Positions 18,776 through 31,500 are shown, counted from the stretch's first letter. The stretch: 64,000 bases of DNA from Candidatus Dojkabacteria bacterium (GCA_040006935.1 JBDTVZ010000001.1:18218-82217), one strand, 5' to 3'. The notes: a model not told the origin generated them from the sequence alone. Program-made: numbers and translations.

Positions 18776-20416
18776 ATGAAATCTCGTTCAAAAACTTCAT
18801 TTCTTAAATTAGTTATCCCAGTTGTAATTATAGCAGGGATAATGCTTTTTATAACCAAAAGCAGAGCCGAAAACGACTTCAATATTCCAAGTAAGCCGAA
18901 TATTTTACAAGGCTCAGAATGGTGGAATAATGACTTTGCTTTCCGTAAAAAAGTTATTACTTCAAGTGAAATAGATCAGGTAATTAAAATCAATCATTCC
19001 CAAATGGTTATAGATAATAAATCTATCCAGGACGGCAGTGATTTAAGAGTGGTTGCATATGAAGGAACCGAATCAAAAGAAGTTCCAATGGATATTACAA
19101 ACCCAGATACATCCGAAACTTTAATAAATTTCTCAAAATCTAAAAATGTAACAGATGTATATTTATACTATGGTAATAAATCAGATTTACCTGAACCAAC
19201 GATTAGAAGCGAAGACCTCTCAACCTTAAAAGAAAATGCAAGTTTATCGGAAGAAGAAACTCCTGAGTTGCTGGTGACTACTCAAAAAAAATGGAATTTA
19301 AAGGAAAAAGATTCACAGTTAATTCTTCAAGTTGCAGACCAATTAAAGCAAGGAGATACCATTTATTATTATCTTCTTGATAATGAACAAACTCCACGGA
19401 ACATGGAAGTTCAAAATGGTTTTTCGACTATAAATCCAATTGATATTCAGCCTGGTGACCACAATATATTTCTAATCAAAAAATCAGGAGTAAATATTAC
19501 ACGTAGCAATTCTTCTAGATTTATTCTTTCCGAACCTATATATATTGCATGGACTGTTGATTGGGAAGGAATAGACCCAGGAAAACCAAATATAGAAAAT
19601 ATTTCTAAAACTGCTGTTGAGTTTAAAATTCCGATTACACATTTTTTTAGTCCAAGAACAATTATTAGTACAAAAATAACAGAACCAAGAAAAAAGGAAA
19701 TTATAAATTGGATAAAAGATAGAGTAAATAATTTTGGTGATGATCTAGCAATGAATTTACATTTTCAATTTGATTTAGTCGATGCTGCAGGAGTTGACCC
19801 AAAATATTCTGAAAAAACTTGGGATAATGGTATAAGTGGTTACGATATGCCTGGAACAGTTTACGATTATAATGAATATTTAAAAATACTAAATTGGGGA
19901 AAGCAAAAATTAATAGATGCTGGATTACCATCACCAAAAGGTTTTAGAGCAGGCGGTTGGTTTATAAATGATGATAATTTAAGAGCTGTTAAAGATGCAG
20001 GTTTTGTTTATGATTCCTCAGCAATTAAACCCACTGAGCTTGGTGAGAATAAAATGATGCAGGATTGGGAAACAACAAGTATAACCCAACCCTATAAAAT
20101 TTCTCAAAAAGATAAAAATTCTAGCGATGACCCAACCCTAGGAATTCTAGAAGTACCTATAAATGGAGGTGATACCTATATAAATTCTGCTGAGGAAATT
20201 TTACAAAATTTCAAAGATAATTATAGTTACAATACTTACTCGAATACATCGAAATTAATTGTTTATTCTTCAAGCCCAGATTGGTTTGATACTAGTAAAG
20301 ATGGTGTAGAGAATTTATTTGCAACAGTGTCAAATTACAGATATGATAGAGATAGGGGACCAGTTAAATTTATCACGCTAAATGAATGGCTTGATAAAAG
20401 TAATACAGGTAAATAG
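18776..20416 (+). CDS. secreted or membrane-anchored protein, weakly polysaccharide deacetylase (CE4)-like
   Basis: 546 aa; N-terminal signal anchor; IAWTVDWEG, FRAGGW and FVYDSS loosely resemble NodB motifs (TFDDG / RxPxG / DxxDW); first gene of the giant-ORF block. Confidence 0.5.
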   Translation: MKSRSKTSFLKLVIPVVIIAGIMLFITKSRAENDFNIPSKPNILQGSEWWNNDFAFRKKVITSSEIDQVIKINHSQMVIDNKSIQDGSDLRVVAYEGTESKEVPMDITNPDTSETLINFSKSKNVTDVYLYYGNKSDLPEPTIRSEDLSTLKENASLSEEETPELLVTTQKKWNLKEKDSQLILQVADQLKQGDTIYYYLLDNEQTPRNMEVQNGFSTINPIDIQPGDHNIFLIKKSGVNITRSNSSRFILSEPIYIAWTVDWEGIDPGKPNIENISKTAVEFKIPITHFFSPRTIISTKITEPRKKEIINWIKDRVNNFGDDLAMNLHFQFDLVDAAGVDPKYSEKTWDNGISGYDMPGTVYDYNEYLKILNWGKQKLIDAGLPSPKGFRAGGWFINDDNLRAVKDAGFVYDSSAIKPTELGENKMMQDWETTSITQPYKISQKDKNSSDDPTLGILEVPINGGDTYINSAEEILQNFKDNYSYNTYSNTSKLIVYSSSPDWFDTSKDGVENLFATVSNYRYDRDRGPVKFITLNEWLDKSNTGK

Positions 20417-20440
20417 TTTTAAACATTTATCGTTGAAAAG

Positions 20441-20899
20441 GTGATGATTAAATTTATATCAGAATCAAATATATTCGATCTTTTAAACCTGGGCAATCTT
20501 GACGAGGAGAAAAAAAACGACTTATTGCAAAACATGTTAACGATAACTCTAACGAAGAGTGTTTATAATTTCTTCGATGATACAGAGACCTCAATTGCAG
20601 AGTTAAATAGAATAGAAAAGAAAATGGATGAGGCTAAAGACGTAATTAAATTCCAAGAATTCCTACTAAAAAAATACCCTCAATTAAACGACTATATTGC
20701 AGAAGGTACCTACAGCTTTAAAAGAGATGCGTTAGTAAAACAAGTCGAGGCATATATACAAGAGTTGAAACAAGGAGAGCAAAATGAAGATACGACTTAT
20801 AAATTAAAATCTGCGGAGGATTTAGTAAAGTCCATTGATACAGAAAACGAAGAGGAATTCGAAAAGAGTTATCAAATTTATAAACAAGTAAGAAAATAA
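20441..20899 (+). CDS. hypothetical acidic protein
   Basis: 152-aa ORF tightly packed before the giant ORF. Confidence 0.5.
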   Translation: MMIKFISESNIFDLLNLGNLDEEKKNDLLQNMLTITLTKSVYNFFDDTETSIAELNRIEKKMDEAKDVIKFQEFLLKKYPQLNDYIAEGTYSFKRDALVKQVEAYIQELKQGEQNEDTTYKLKSAEDLVKSIDTENEEEFEKSYQIYKQVRK

Positions 20900-20905
20900 A
20901 ATAAC

Positions 20906-23900
20906 ATGAATAGTGCAATTGCAAAAGCTATCGCAGGACAAGACACTCTTGTTACTCCAGCTAGATTTGATAATAATCAGCAAAAAGACAGAATGAGAAA
21001 TAAAAATGGAGCTGATGGTCGTGGTCTTGTACAAAAGTACGGTATTAATCCTACTGATTTAGCAGCGCTTGAAGCCTATGTTGATGGAAACCTACAACAA
21101 GTACAAATTATAGACCAAGACGCAAATACAATGGAAGCTGATAGATTAAATCAGTCCAGTGGTGGTGAGCAATGGCTTAGAAAACATAAAATTACTAAAT
21201 TTATTGGTAAATTTGGTAAATTTATAGCACCACAAATTGCAGGAATGGGCGTAAGAGCAGCTTTTGGAACAGTAGGTGCAACAGGTGGTCCATTAGTTGC
21301 AGGGGCAATTGGAGGACTTACAGGTGGTTTAAAAGCTGCAGTTGATATTACATTGGCAGGAAGGAATAACACAGACATTGTCGAGTTCTTTGGTAAGAAT
21401 GTAAACGTGGCTGGAGTATTTGAGCAACAGAATAGAGATAAATGGAAAGTAGATAAATTGGCAAGAGGCTGGTTTAATTGGGGAAAAAATTGGGCATTAG
21501 AACCAGTTTATAAATATCAAGAGAGAGAAGATAGGATTTTAAATTTCTTAAGCGATAAAAGGCTAGATTTTTCTAGAGAGGGATATTTCAGAGATCCAAT
21601 GACGGTATTCCCTGTAATGAAGAATCTCCCACTTTCAGATATCCAATTATTTTTGAAAGATTTGTATATACAAGGTACTCTCCTTAGTGCTGTAGGGAGC
21701 AGAAAGGATTTAACACCAGAAGTTAGAAGGATAATCCAAAATTGGATAGACTCATTTTGTGAATTACAACTAATGCTAAATGCTATTTTGTTGAATAGAG
21801 GTTTGCCTTTAACACAAATAGAAGGGATTAGGACTGATGCAACGAAAGAAATAACTTCGTTTAGATCTGCCAAAGGAGAGGCTGCATATGCTCTCAGAAG
21901 AGGCACAACTAATGCAATTCAAAGTGCTGTTTATAATGTAGCATTCCAAACCTTAGTAACAGGTGTTCAAAAATTAGTTACACACTATCAAGGTCTAGTT
22001 ACAATTAATAGAGAGTTAGTTCCAATAAATAACAATGTGGATGCAATGAGGGCAGCTAATCCTCGTTTGGATCAAATAGATCAACAGGTACAGAATTTAC
22101 AGACCCAATTACAACAGACAAACGTAGCTGGTGGGGTTACTAATGTAACCAATCAAGTAGTGCAAAATGTGGCAGGGACTGCAAGAGATAGAGCCCTTTC
22201 ACTCTTTGGTGCAGATTACTTAAATAATGCCGGAATGGGAGAAATGGGAAGGTGGGCAAGAGTTGCAGCAATACAAACTTTTCAAAATCAATATACACCT
22301 CAAGTTGAGAATTTGATTGGAACTTTATCAAGAAACACACACTTAAGCAGAGATGATATCTTAGCCTGGATAATGAATAGAGGGTCTATTGATGGAGCTT
22401 ATCAAGTAGTTGGCGGAGCTTCTATAGTAAATTTAAACGTAACTGATTTACTAACAAGAGCCATAAATGGTCAGTATAATGTTGCATCAATTATTCAAGG
22501 TGCAAATGCAAATGTAGATGCTAGGTGGTTAGATTTAATGAAAAATGGAATGGGACAAATAATTAATCAAGTAACTACTACTAATGTTGCAGGTGCTGGA
22601 TTAACAGATGCTGCACGAGCAAATATTTTTGAGCAAATTGCGAGATTATTAGCTGAGAAAGCTTTAATTGGAGAGAATATTGGGGGAGCTGAATTGCAAA
22701 GAGCAGTAGCTGCTATGGATCCTAACATTTTAAGACAGATATCAGAAGGAAGTGTAAATGTTTTGGATTACTTAATCGATACTGGGTTAATTGTTGCTGG
22801 CGGTGCAATTGGGTTTATAGGTGTTGCAGGTTCTTGGGCAGCAGAAAGTGGGGAATTAGGCACAAGAAGAACTGTTGAAGTTAGAAGAAATATCCCTAAT
22901 CCAAATACTCCTATGCCGCCACCGGTTGGGCCAAATGGTAGACCTTATCCTCAGCCTAACGCGCAACGTGCAGCAGTTTATAATGCAACGCCATATCCAC
23001 AACAAGCTGCGAATCAGCAGCCAGGATTAGCTCCTGTTCCGCAAGGAGGATTAGGTTCAGGTGTTCCAGTTTCAAGCGATGAAACGCTTCATGGTGTCAG
23101 AGCATTGGATGATGCTTCAGCTCAAACAGTCCCATCTGATTTTTTTGCTAACACAAGGCAAAATACCTCCACTCAGCCTATATTAAATAATGCTGTGCCT
23201 CAACAAAATCAACCAGTAGATCAAAATAATCTTGTAGCTAAGATTAATCAAATTATGACTGAGAATTATGACTTGCCTAGAATTATTAATGAGATAATTA
23301 ACAATCCTAGAACAATTACTTTGGACGCTGTTATCCATAACGATAATATATCGAGGCTTTTTGACAAAGCCTTGATCTCGAATTTAGGTATTAAAGAGAA
23401 AGTCTACTATTTAGGAAATGATGGACTAAAAAAAGAAAAAGATATTATGAAATTGATTATTATTAATGACCAATACAATGATATTGTGAAGGATCTAGAC
23501 GCTTGGGGATTAAGTAAAGATCAAATTATCCTTAGACGTATTGTTAATAAACCAGGTGGAGGTGAGGAGGAAGTATTCTACAATATGAAAATAAATAATA
23601 GAAATTATACAATTGAGGAAATAACTGATTCAGGTGTTGAAGTAGGTGGTATTCAATATGGAACACCAAAAGTCACTGACTTAGGCATTGGATTCAATTT
23701 ACTTAGTCAAATAGAAGAAACACAGAAATCTACATCAGTAGGAGAAAATCAAGTAGAAAATAAGGACGAAGATATTATTGCGAGATTTAATATTCCTGAT
23801 TATCCTACTGGAGCTTCTCAGGGTTATCCCGAATCTATAGCAGGAAAAGAAGCAATTATTAATAAAAATTATAAAGAGGAGTATAAATTGCAGCCATATG

Positions 23901-26900
23901 ATGGAGAAGTAGAAAAATATCCACTATTTGATAATGATTACAATGAATTTGACGGAATAATGTTACATAGATTTGAAATTGAAGGTCAAAAATTTGATTT
24001 ATTTATAACTAAAGAAGGTGCAATTTGGTATTTCGATAAAGATAATAATTTTATGAGATTAGAAAATCCTGCAAATGTAGGAGGAACTATTACTTTAGAT
24101 AACGGTGAAGCTTATGAAATAAAATTAGATGCAAATCATAATGTAAGAGTTAAGAAGAACGAAGTTGTTGCAGCACCAGATGTAATTGGTGAGAAGATAA
24201 TTGTAGATGGAGATGAAGTTATCATTAACTCATCAGAAAATTTAAGATTACTTGGCTCTGGAAATAGCTCTATCCCACTTGAATCTTTTGCGATTAAAGA
24301 TGGTAAAGGGAAAATAGAAGAAGACTCAAGGCTATTAGTAATTAATAACCAGAAGTATGTGTTCAGAGATGGGAAAATATATGAAATTAATGGAACAGAG
24401 GTAGTAGAAGATCAAGATGGAACTATCACTATTGAATCATCAAAAGAGCGAGATGTGAAAGTAAAATTATCTAACGGTAAAATAGAAGTATATGAAATTA
24501 TAAAGGGTGATCTTAAATTACCAAAATTGGAAAGAAGAGAATTCCAAGCTAACAGTGTCGAAACGAAGAAACTAAGTTCAGAAGAAAGATTGCAATCACT
24601 AAATGATCAATTAAAAGATAAAAAAATCACTATAGAAAACAAAAATGAGAGTGCAATTACTATTAGTGATTTAGAATTAACACCAGATGAAAAGGCTTTA
24701 CTCCAAGGAAGATTATCTTTGTGGTACGACAGAATTCAAGAAATCAACCCTTTAATCTTAACTGGTCCGTATGATAAAACTTTCAATTTTCAAGAGTATG
24801 GTAATGGTGAAAGTATAGCTGCTGCAATTGTAGAATCTGGTTTTGAAGGAAATAATAATAGTTTAAATCTAGTTGATTTTATAAATAACCCTGACAAATT
24901 GGATATAGCTGATGTAGAAAGAGCTTTGATTAACAAATTTGGATGGAAAGAGGAAAAACAAGCAGAAAATAGAGTGGAAATTATGCTTTATGTTTACCAT
25001 TTAGTTCATGCTGTGGAAGGTGCATTAGGTGGATATTTCGGAGTATATAATCAATTAGAGGCTCTTGATGGTAAAGATATAAAAATTGATATTCAAAATG
25101 ATTCTGGGGCAAATGCTATTCGTTTTGTAGGTAAAGATAATATTAAAGAATTAACACCAGAGAACAAGGCCTTCATTGGCGGTAGAATTACTAAATTATT
25201 TGATATTTCTAGGAAGTTGAATCCTGATATTAGCCCTGAAGACCATCAAACACTTCACTATGACTTTTCAAATGATGGTAATAGGATGCTTAATGCTATT
25301 AGAAAAATTGTTTCTAAAGAGAACGCGGGACCAATATCCTTGTTTAATCTATTAAATGAGATCGAGATTATTGATTTCGGAGAATTATTCCCAACGTTGT
25401 TTATGGAGGGTTGGAAAGACGACAACATGAATGATAATAGAGCAGCAGTTGGTTTAATGCTTTGGCATTTAGCAAATGCAATTGAGGGACAGCTAAGTGA
25501 TAATGAAGTAAAGGGCGAAGACAAAATTTTGGATGTTGACACTGAAATAAAAAAAGACAAGGAATTTGTTGTCAGATTAATCTCTAGCATAAAAGATGTC
25601 ACACCTAAATCTACCTCTGAAGAACGGCTATTCCCGATGGTATTTGAAGCGATTGGCTATAATACTGGAAATAGAGATAACCCAGATTTGCTTGTAACAG
25701 CAATTATTATGGATTCTATTGAGCATTATGCACTTCCAGGATTAGTAAATAGAATAATAGACTTAATGGATATTGATGATGTCGATAGAGAATCCGTGCG
25801 ATTAGGAATTTATACATTTATAGAGGAAAAATTATTAACTAACGATATTGCTGTAGTTCATAAGGACGATGCAAAGACTGCTTTAATTGGACTTGAATCC
25901 AGGAAAACTCTAGAGACACTAGATATTGCTTTAAGTGTCGAAGAAATAAGTAAATTAAATAAAGAAAGTAATGAAGATGAACAAACTAATAATTTAGAAG
26001 TTAACAAGTTCCCGGAGAGTATGGAACTAAACAAGGCATATGAAACTTTAATTCAATGGGATAGAAATCCTTTAAAAGTTGAAATCCCAGTAACTAATGA
26101 GCAAGGGGTAAGTTTTCAGATAAGTTTTAACCATAAAGAATTAGTACCAGCACTTAATGCAGAAGGTCGAATAATGCATAGGGAATTTAACGTTAAGAAC
26201 TCCCAAAATGTTAAGGATTATCCTACTGAGTCTGGGGAATACACGTTGATTTATTCTTTTAGTAAGGTTAAAACATCGGGAGAGGGGATTGAAAGTTTAT
26301 TAATAGAGTATAAAGTTTTAAAGAAAGAAACTCCCGATTCTAAAAATATAGATAAAGTTAAGCTACTAAGAACGATTGAAGAAAAAGAGAAAAACTTAGG
26401 AGAATTACAAGAACAATTACAATCTAATCTAATAAGTAGAGAACTTTATAATGTCAAGAGGAGAGATTTAATGTTTAAAGTAGGAAATGATTGGTTATTA
26501 GTGGGGTTAAAACGATGGCATCTTCATCATCCTGAAAAAGCAGGTACCAAGGACGAATGGGAAATAATTAACCCATACCAAAGGTATCAATTAGAGAGGC
26601 CTATTATTAAAACTAAAGATATTAATGAACCAGACTTTCTTGCCAGCCTAAGTGAGGGTAATGATCAGGTAATCAGAAATCTAGATGCTGAGAAAATAAT
26701 TGGAGAACTTAAGCCAGGAAGACAGTTTGAATCGGATGATAATATCTTTACAGTTATAGAGATTACCCCAAACGGAGTATTTAGAACAAAAAGGCAATCA
26801 AGGAAAGGGGGAATAGAAGTATCTCTAAATTTTGCAAGAGAAAATCTATTGGAATATTTTACAGAAGGAAGGTTGAGAACTATTGAAAATATTAATGTAA

Positions 26901-27463
26901 ACGAAAATAAAAAGAAAGTAGATGAAATTGTTATCTCATTAGAAAAAAATAAAGAACTAATTGAAAGATTAACTATCAATGACAGATTCAGAAGAAAAAC
27001 CACAAATACTACTTACACAATCGAAGATAATGATGGTGATAGTTTGGTAGTAATAGAAAGCACTGCTCGAACAGAAACTCCTATGTTTTTAAGAAAAAGC
27101 ATTTTGCTTGAATGGTTGCTTAACGATGATGTGGAGATGTTAGAGCCAGAAGATAATTCTGAATATGAAAAAACTGTTGAAAACTTAAAGAAAGGGGATG
27201 AATTTACCTACAACGGAAACAAGTACGTGGTTTTACCTAGTATCTCAGGTTATCGTGGGATAGTTGGCGGTAACATAGATAAGCGAAGCGATGTGAAGAG
27301 ATTTCCATCTGGGACCTTTATGAGATTTTTAAAGGAAGGAGTAGTTAAGATTGAAAGTACGAATGAAGAGATAACGCAACAAGTTGCAAAAGGAGTAAAG
27401 GAAGCTCAGAGAAGTCCAACAGCTATTCTAAAGGAAATAGCAGATACTTATGAAGATTTATAA
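20906..27463 (+). CDS. giant protein (2185 aa): Gly/Ala-rich hydrophobic N-terminal region, Pro/Gln-rich linker, long K/E/N-rich C-terminal region
   Basis: Uninterrupted 6.56 kb ORF. Glycine-zipper-like hydrophobic segments (GMGVRAAFGTVGATGGPLVAGAIGGLTGGL; LIVAGGAIGFIGVAGSWAAES). A proline-rich low-complexity segment sits at ~22890-23230 and is locally GC-rich. No recognised catalytic motif. Confidence 0.8.
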   Translation: MNSAIAKAIAGQDTLVTPARFDNNQQKDRMRNKNGADGRGLVQKYGINPTDLAALEAYVDGNLQQVQIIDQDANTMEADRLNQSSGGEQWLRKHKITKFIGKFGKFIAPQIAGMGVRAAFGTVGATGGPLVAGAIGGLTGGLKAAVDITLAGRNNTDIVEFFGKNVNVAGVFEQQNRDKWKVDKLARGWFNWGKNWALEPVYKYQEREDRILNFLSDKRLDFSREGYFRDPMTVFPVMKNLPLSDIQLFLKDLYIQGTLLSAVGSRKDLTPEVRRIIQNWIDSFCELQLMLNAILLNRGLPLTQIEGIRTDATKEITSFRSAKGEAAYALRRGTTNAIQSAVYNVAFQTLVTGVQKLVTHYQGLVTINRELVPINNNVDAMRAANPRLDQIDQQVQNLQTQLQQTNVAGGVTNVTNQVVQNVAGTARDRALSLFGADYLNNAGMGEMGRWARVAAIQTFQNQYTPQVENLIGTLSRNTHLSRDDILAWIMNRGSIDGAYQVVGGASIVNLNVTDLLTRAINGQYNVASIIQGANANVDARWLDLMKNGMGQIINQVTTTNVAGAGLTDAARANIFEQIARLLAEKALIGENIGGAELQRAVAAMDPNILRQISEGSVNVLDYLIDTGLIVAGGAIGFIGVAGSWAAESGELGTRRTVEVRRNIPNPNTPMPPPVGPNGRPYPQPNAQRAAVYNATPYPQQAANQQPGLAPVPQGGLGSGVPVSSDETLHGVRALDDASAQTVPSDFFANTRQNTSTQPILNNAVPQQNQPVDQNNLVAKINQIMTENYDLPRIINEIINNPRTITLDAVIHNDNISRLFDKALISNLGIKEKVYYLGNDGLKKEKDIMKLIIINDQYNDIVKDLDAWGLSKDQIILRRIVNKPGGGEEEVFYNMKINNRNYTIEEITDSGVEVGGIQYGTPKVTDLGIGFNLLSQIEETQKSTSVGENQVENKDEDIIARFNIPDYPTGASQGYPESIAGKEAIINKNYKEEYKLQPYDGEVEKYPLFDNDYNEFDGIMLHRFEIEGQKFDLFITKEGAIWYFDKDNNFMRLENPANVGGTITLDNGEAYEIKLDANHNVRVKKNEVVAAPDVIGEKIIVDGDEVIINSSENLRLLGSGNSSIPLESFAIKDGKGKIEEDSRLLVINNQKYVFRDGKIYEINGTEVVEDQDGTITIESSKERDVKVKLSNGKIEVYEIIKGDLKLPKLERREFQANSVETKKLSSEERLQSLNDQLKDKKITIENKNESAITISDLELTPDEKALLQGRLSLWYDRIQEINPLILTGPYDKTFNFQEYGNGESIAAAIVESGFEGNNNSLNLVDFINNPDKLDIADVERALINKFGWKEEKQAENRVEIMLYVYHLVHAVEGALGGYFGVYNQLEALDGKDIKIDIQNDSGANAIRFVGKDNIKELTPENKAFIGGRITKLFDISRKLNPDISPEDHQTLHYDFSNDGNRMLNAIRKIVSKENAGPISLFNLLNEIEIIDFGELFPTLFMEGWKDDNMNDNRAAVGLMLWHLANAIEGQLSDNEVKGEDKILDVDTEIKKDKEFVVRLISSIKDVTPKSTSEERLFPMVFEAIGYNTGNRDNPDLLVTAIIMDSIEHYALPGLVNRIIDLMDIDDVDRESVRLGIYTFIEEKLLTNDIAVVHKDDAKTALIGLESRKTLETLDIALSVEEISKLNKESNEDEQTNNLEVNKFPESMELNKAYETLIQWDRNPLKVEIPVTNEQGVSFQISFNHKELVPALNAEGRIMHREFNVKNSQNVKDYPTESGEYTLIYSFSKVKTSGEGIESLLIEYKVLKKETPDSKNIDKVKLLRTIEEKEKNLGELQEQLQSNLISRELYNVKRRDLMFKVGNDWLLVGLKRWHLHHPEKAGTKDEWEIINPYQRYQLERPIIKTKDINEPDFLASLSEGNDQVIRNLDAEKIIGELKPGRQFESDDNIFTVIEITPNGVFRTKRQSRKGGIEVSLNFARENLLEYFTEGRLRTIENINVNENKKKVDEIVISLEKNKELIERLTINDRFRRKTTNTTYTIEDNDGDSLVVIESTARTETPMFLRKSILLEWLLNDDVEMLEPEDNSEYEKTVENLKKGDEFTYNGNKYVVLPSISGYRGIVGGNIDKRSDVKRFPSGTFMRFLKEGVVKIESTNEEITQQVAKGVKEAQRSPTAILKEIADTYEDL

Positions 27464-27465
27464 CT

Positions 27466-28485
27466 ATGGATCAACCACCTCAAGATTTGGTCAAAAAAAA
27501 GGGGAAAGTACTAGCTAGCCTTAACTTGTATCCAGAGCTTCTAAATCATCCTGATATGCAGGAGGATCGGCTAGCTACATTGAACCAAATTGGAGAAACT
27601 CTTTTAGGTTTGTTTCAAAAATTATTTAGTAACCCTGAGTACTACGGCGATGTATTTTTCATTGGTGGAATAGAAAAATGGCTTTCCGATTTAGAGAATA
27701 TTGAGATATTTGAAGCAGTAGTTCAACAACTTCGAACACTGGAGGAGATAGGGTCTGATCAAGCAGAATGGCATATTAGAAACTTTTTAAATAATGTAGC
27801 AAAAAGAGTTAAAAGTAATGGAGGTCAGTTATCACTACAAACAAATGATAAGTTAGGAATTACGGAAGCCGAAGCTGTTTTTAAGCAAATGGATAAAATT
27901 AGTGCAGAAAGAATTCATATCCCTGAGAATTTAAATATTTTATTGGACCAAAGATTTATAATTTCTGCACGCGAACTAGAAATAGATATGCAAAAGGTTT
28001 TAGCGCGTCCAAAAGTTACAGAAGTATCCTTTTTAGATCAGCCTAGAGCAGATTTCCAAAAAGAGATTGAGATGTACGATAATGATAGCGAAATTGATGG
28101 AGTTCTTTTGTTTATTCTTTCCAACTTAACAGGAGATGCTATGCAATATGTTATCAATCAAATGGTAAATAAATTAAAAAGAACTACTCAAACAGTTGTG
28201 GCAGTTCTTGAAAGGTATAGAACTTCGTTTGAAAGCAGAGTTTTGAGAGGAGAACAAATCTCGGTCTATGGATCGCCAATACGAGATTATGAATTAATTA
28301 TAAATGAAATACTTGATCTTATTAAAGAACAAGAGAAAAAGAATGGAGAGTATTTATTCGGTGCAGTAGATCTACTTAGAACCAAATCACCAGACGGGTT
28401 TGTAGGTATAACTAAAATGTCACAAATACTATTAACCACACATAGAGCAAGGTATAAAAGTAAAATTATAGCCTTACTAAAATAA
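27466..28485 (+). CDS. hypothetical soluble protein
   Basis: 339 aa; begins 3 nt after the giant ORF stop, so probably co-transcribed. Confidence 0.7.
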   Translation: MDQPPQDLVKKKGKVLASLNLYPELLNHPDMQEDRLATLNQIGETLLGLFQKLFSNPEYYGDVFFIGGIEKWLSDLENIEIFEAVVQQLRTLEEIGSDQAEWHIRNFLNNVAKRVKSNGGQLSLQTNDKLGITEAEAVFKQMDKISAERIHIPENLNILLDQRFIISARELEIDMQKVLARPKVTEVSFLDQPRADFQKEIEMYDNDSEIDGVLLFILSNLTGDAMQYVINQMVNKLKRTTQTVVAVLERYRTSFESRVLRGEQISVYGSPIRDYELIINEILDLIKEQEKKNGEYLFGAVDLLRTKSPDGFVGITKMSQILLTTHRARYKSKIIALLK

Positions 28486-28505
28486 ATCTCTTCTATAGTT
28501 CTAAA

Positions 28506-31500
28506 ATGCAGTACGATGAGATTAAACAAACACAAAATAATAATCTTACCGAAATTCAAAGAGAACGTGAATTAAAAGCTGCACAACTTCGAGCACAAAA
28601 TGCTTCTACAATTTTAAACAAAAAAATTAATCGGTCTTCATTTTCTAATTCTGCTAAAGAAGTTAAACCATTTGATTATCTTGAACGGCTAGAATGTTCC
28701 ATGACATTAGATAGAGTTGATTCAGAAAGAAATGGTACTAATATCAATACTCAAATTATAAATTGTGATTACTCTACAGAAATAGATTCTAAAGGTAGAG
28801 AAATAATTAAAATGACAGTGCCCCATCGGCTGGATTTTTTAGCACTAAATTTAAACCCAGGATCAGTTTTTATTTTTGATAGGTCTAACTATAGATTGCT
28901 ATCTATAGAACAAAAAGATCAGCAGAAAGTAGTAAATTCTGTTGAAGTTTGGCCTCATGTTGAAATACTATCTATAGATAAAATACTTTTCACATTCTCA
29001 GATTTACTTAATAAAGAGAAAATCGTAGCCTTTGAAAGTTTAGAAAATAATGTAATGCGTCTCAAAAAAGGTCCTTTTGATGGCTTCCCAAATAAAATTT
29101 ATTTCCAAAAATATAACCTTGAGAACCCAATATTTATTGAAGACTATGATGAAATTAAAAAAGCCTACCATGCTCCTGGGCAAGGGTCTTTTATTGATGT
29201 TGATTATAATATGGCTATTAAAGCGTTTAACCAAGCATCGAACATATTAGAAACCGAAGACAGAACTGCTGATTTTCAATACCCAGAAGTATTAAGATTA
29301 TTTTCTAAATTAAAAATAGCATTTGCTAAAGATTTAATTCCTAATGAAAATCCTCATGACACTGTTTTTGAATTGAGATTAAGAAACGAATTAAATATTG
29401 ATGGTGTACATATTTACGCAGGGGCAGTAATGAAAATTGATGTGAATGATCCAGAATTTTTTACAATAAAGTATCCTCCTCAAAATGGTGTCCAGATTGA
29501 GTTTATAGAAATAAATGGCACAAAATTATATGCACCAGGGGAAATTTTGTGTAGAAATACCTCCGAAGATCTCCAAATAACCTCAATAAATGGTGGCCAA
29601 CTCGAGAATATGGGAAGCGAAAGAGTTATTAAAATTATAAAAGCAAATAATGGATTTATTGGCTTGGTAGCAAATGATGAAGTAATTAAATTCACGAAAG
29701 ATCATAAAGTTTTAACTTTACTAAGTAATGTGGACCCATCAGTACAAATACTAATAAGTGATATTATGAAAAATAGATACTTTTTACATGATATTTACTC
29801 TGATAATTACCTAGAAGGGGCAATTGAACTTGTAAGTAATCACACAGGTTCTCTTGCTACAATAATATTTGAAGATGAACAACCTGGGAATATAATTATT
29901 CCAAACTATCCAAACATTCATCCATCGTTACACGGTCTTGCAATAGGCCAATTTGACAGATTAATTTTAGATAAAAAAGGTGAATTTGCAATCTTTGGCG
30001 TTGCTACTGAAAGATACGATATGCATTTTCGTGGAGTATGGTACGAAAGAATAGAACGAATTTTTATAAATTTTCGAACTGGAGAGGTTAGGTTTAGGTG
30101 TGATAGCTATTTTGAAGGTGGCAAAAGATACGGTCAAACTAAGTACAGTGAGAATACTTATATTATTGTCGATAATTTAGGCCTTAAACAAACAGGAGAT
30201 GGTATATTTTCTGAAGTCGAAAACAATGTGCCAAAGGGAGATGATTATAAGGACCACATTTCAAGGACGCTTAAAATTAAAGAAATAAGAATAGGAGATA
30301 TGAGACAGTTAAATGAAGATAGGATTGATATAACTGCATCATTTGACTCAATAGTATTAAATAACCAAGAAAACCCCACATTACATAACTGGATATACGC
30401 ACAGGCTCCATTTGGAAGTATTGTTAACTTTAATAGTAAAAATTCTATAATTGAAAGCATTGAAGTACCCTACGATACCTATATAAAATCTGGTGGGATA
30501 CGCGCATCACTAGGATCTAGCTTTAAAATAAGTGGTATAAGAAAAGTTTTATTTGAGGAAGATTCTCAGAATTTTCCATTAGATGTAAAGGAATTAAAAG
30601 GTGAAATTACTATTACATTAAATAATAAAATTTATAGGGCAAAAGATATTAGTGTTAATAGTTTAGGTTTAAAATTGGACAAATTCCCTTTAATTACTTG
30701 GGAGGTTATTTACAATGGTGCTACAGAATTACCTGATGAGTTATTAGTGGAAAATAATAGTGTAAATATACCAACAAAGAACGAAATTCTTTATCTTGCA
30801 AATCGATTAACTGTGCAGGTTAATAATAGGAAACCTGAAGATGACTTTGATCTAGAACAAAATGTAAATAGTTTAATCGGGCTAACAAGATGGCTATATG
30901 AATCTGCAAATAAATTAGGTGGCCCATTCAATCTAGCGGAATGGGTTACAATCTATAAACCATTACTTTATTATTACTATAACGACCCTGAGGCAGTAAT
31001 ATTGCTAATAATGGGCTTTATACCTAATTCAAACGGTAATATAGATCCAATAGATTACATGTTTCTTTATGCAACATACCTTGAGATTTTTAAACAAAGA
31101 TATCCGGAGGTAGAAAGTGAATTAATTTTACTATTGAGTAGTTTAAACCCCGATCTTAAATTTATATATAAGAATGAAATTAAAGATATTATAAGTAATT
31201 TTGAAATACTCGAAGATGAGAATAAGCAACATTTCCTAGACGAGTTAGATAGCATAAATATGGATACGCCTAGTCATATCCCAGTCCCAGTAAGTCACTC
31301 TCAAGTAGAAGGCTTCAAAGCAGACCAATTCTCAATAGAAAAAGGTTTTCTCAAATTTAATGAAGAACCTAAAGCAATCGATCTTTTACAAAGAATAGGT
31401 AACCTTCGAGAACTTTCAACTAGCTCTGAGCTTGACAAGCAAATAGAAATAATTAAAGAAAACGGTTCGAGAATTGATATGAATGTTGTTGGTCAGATTT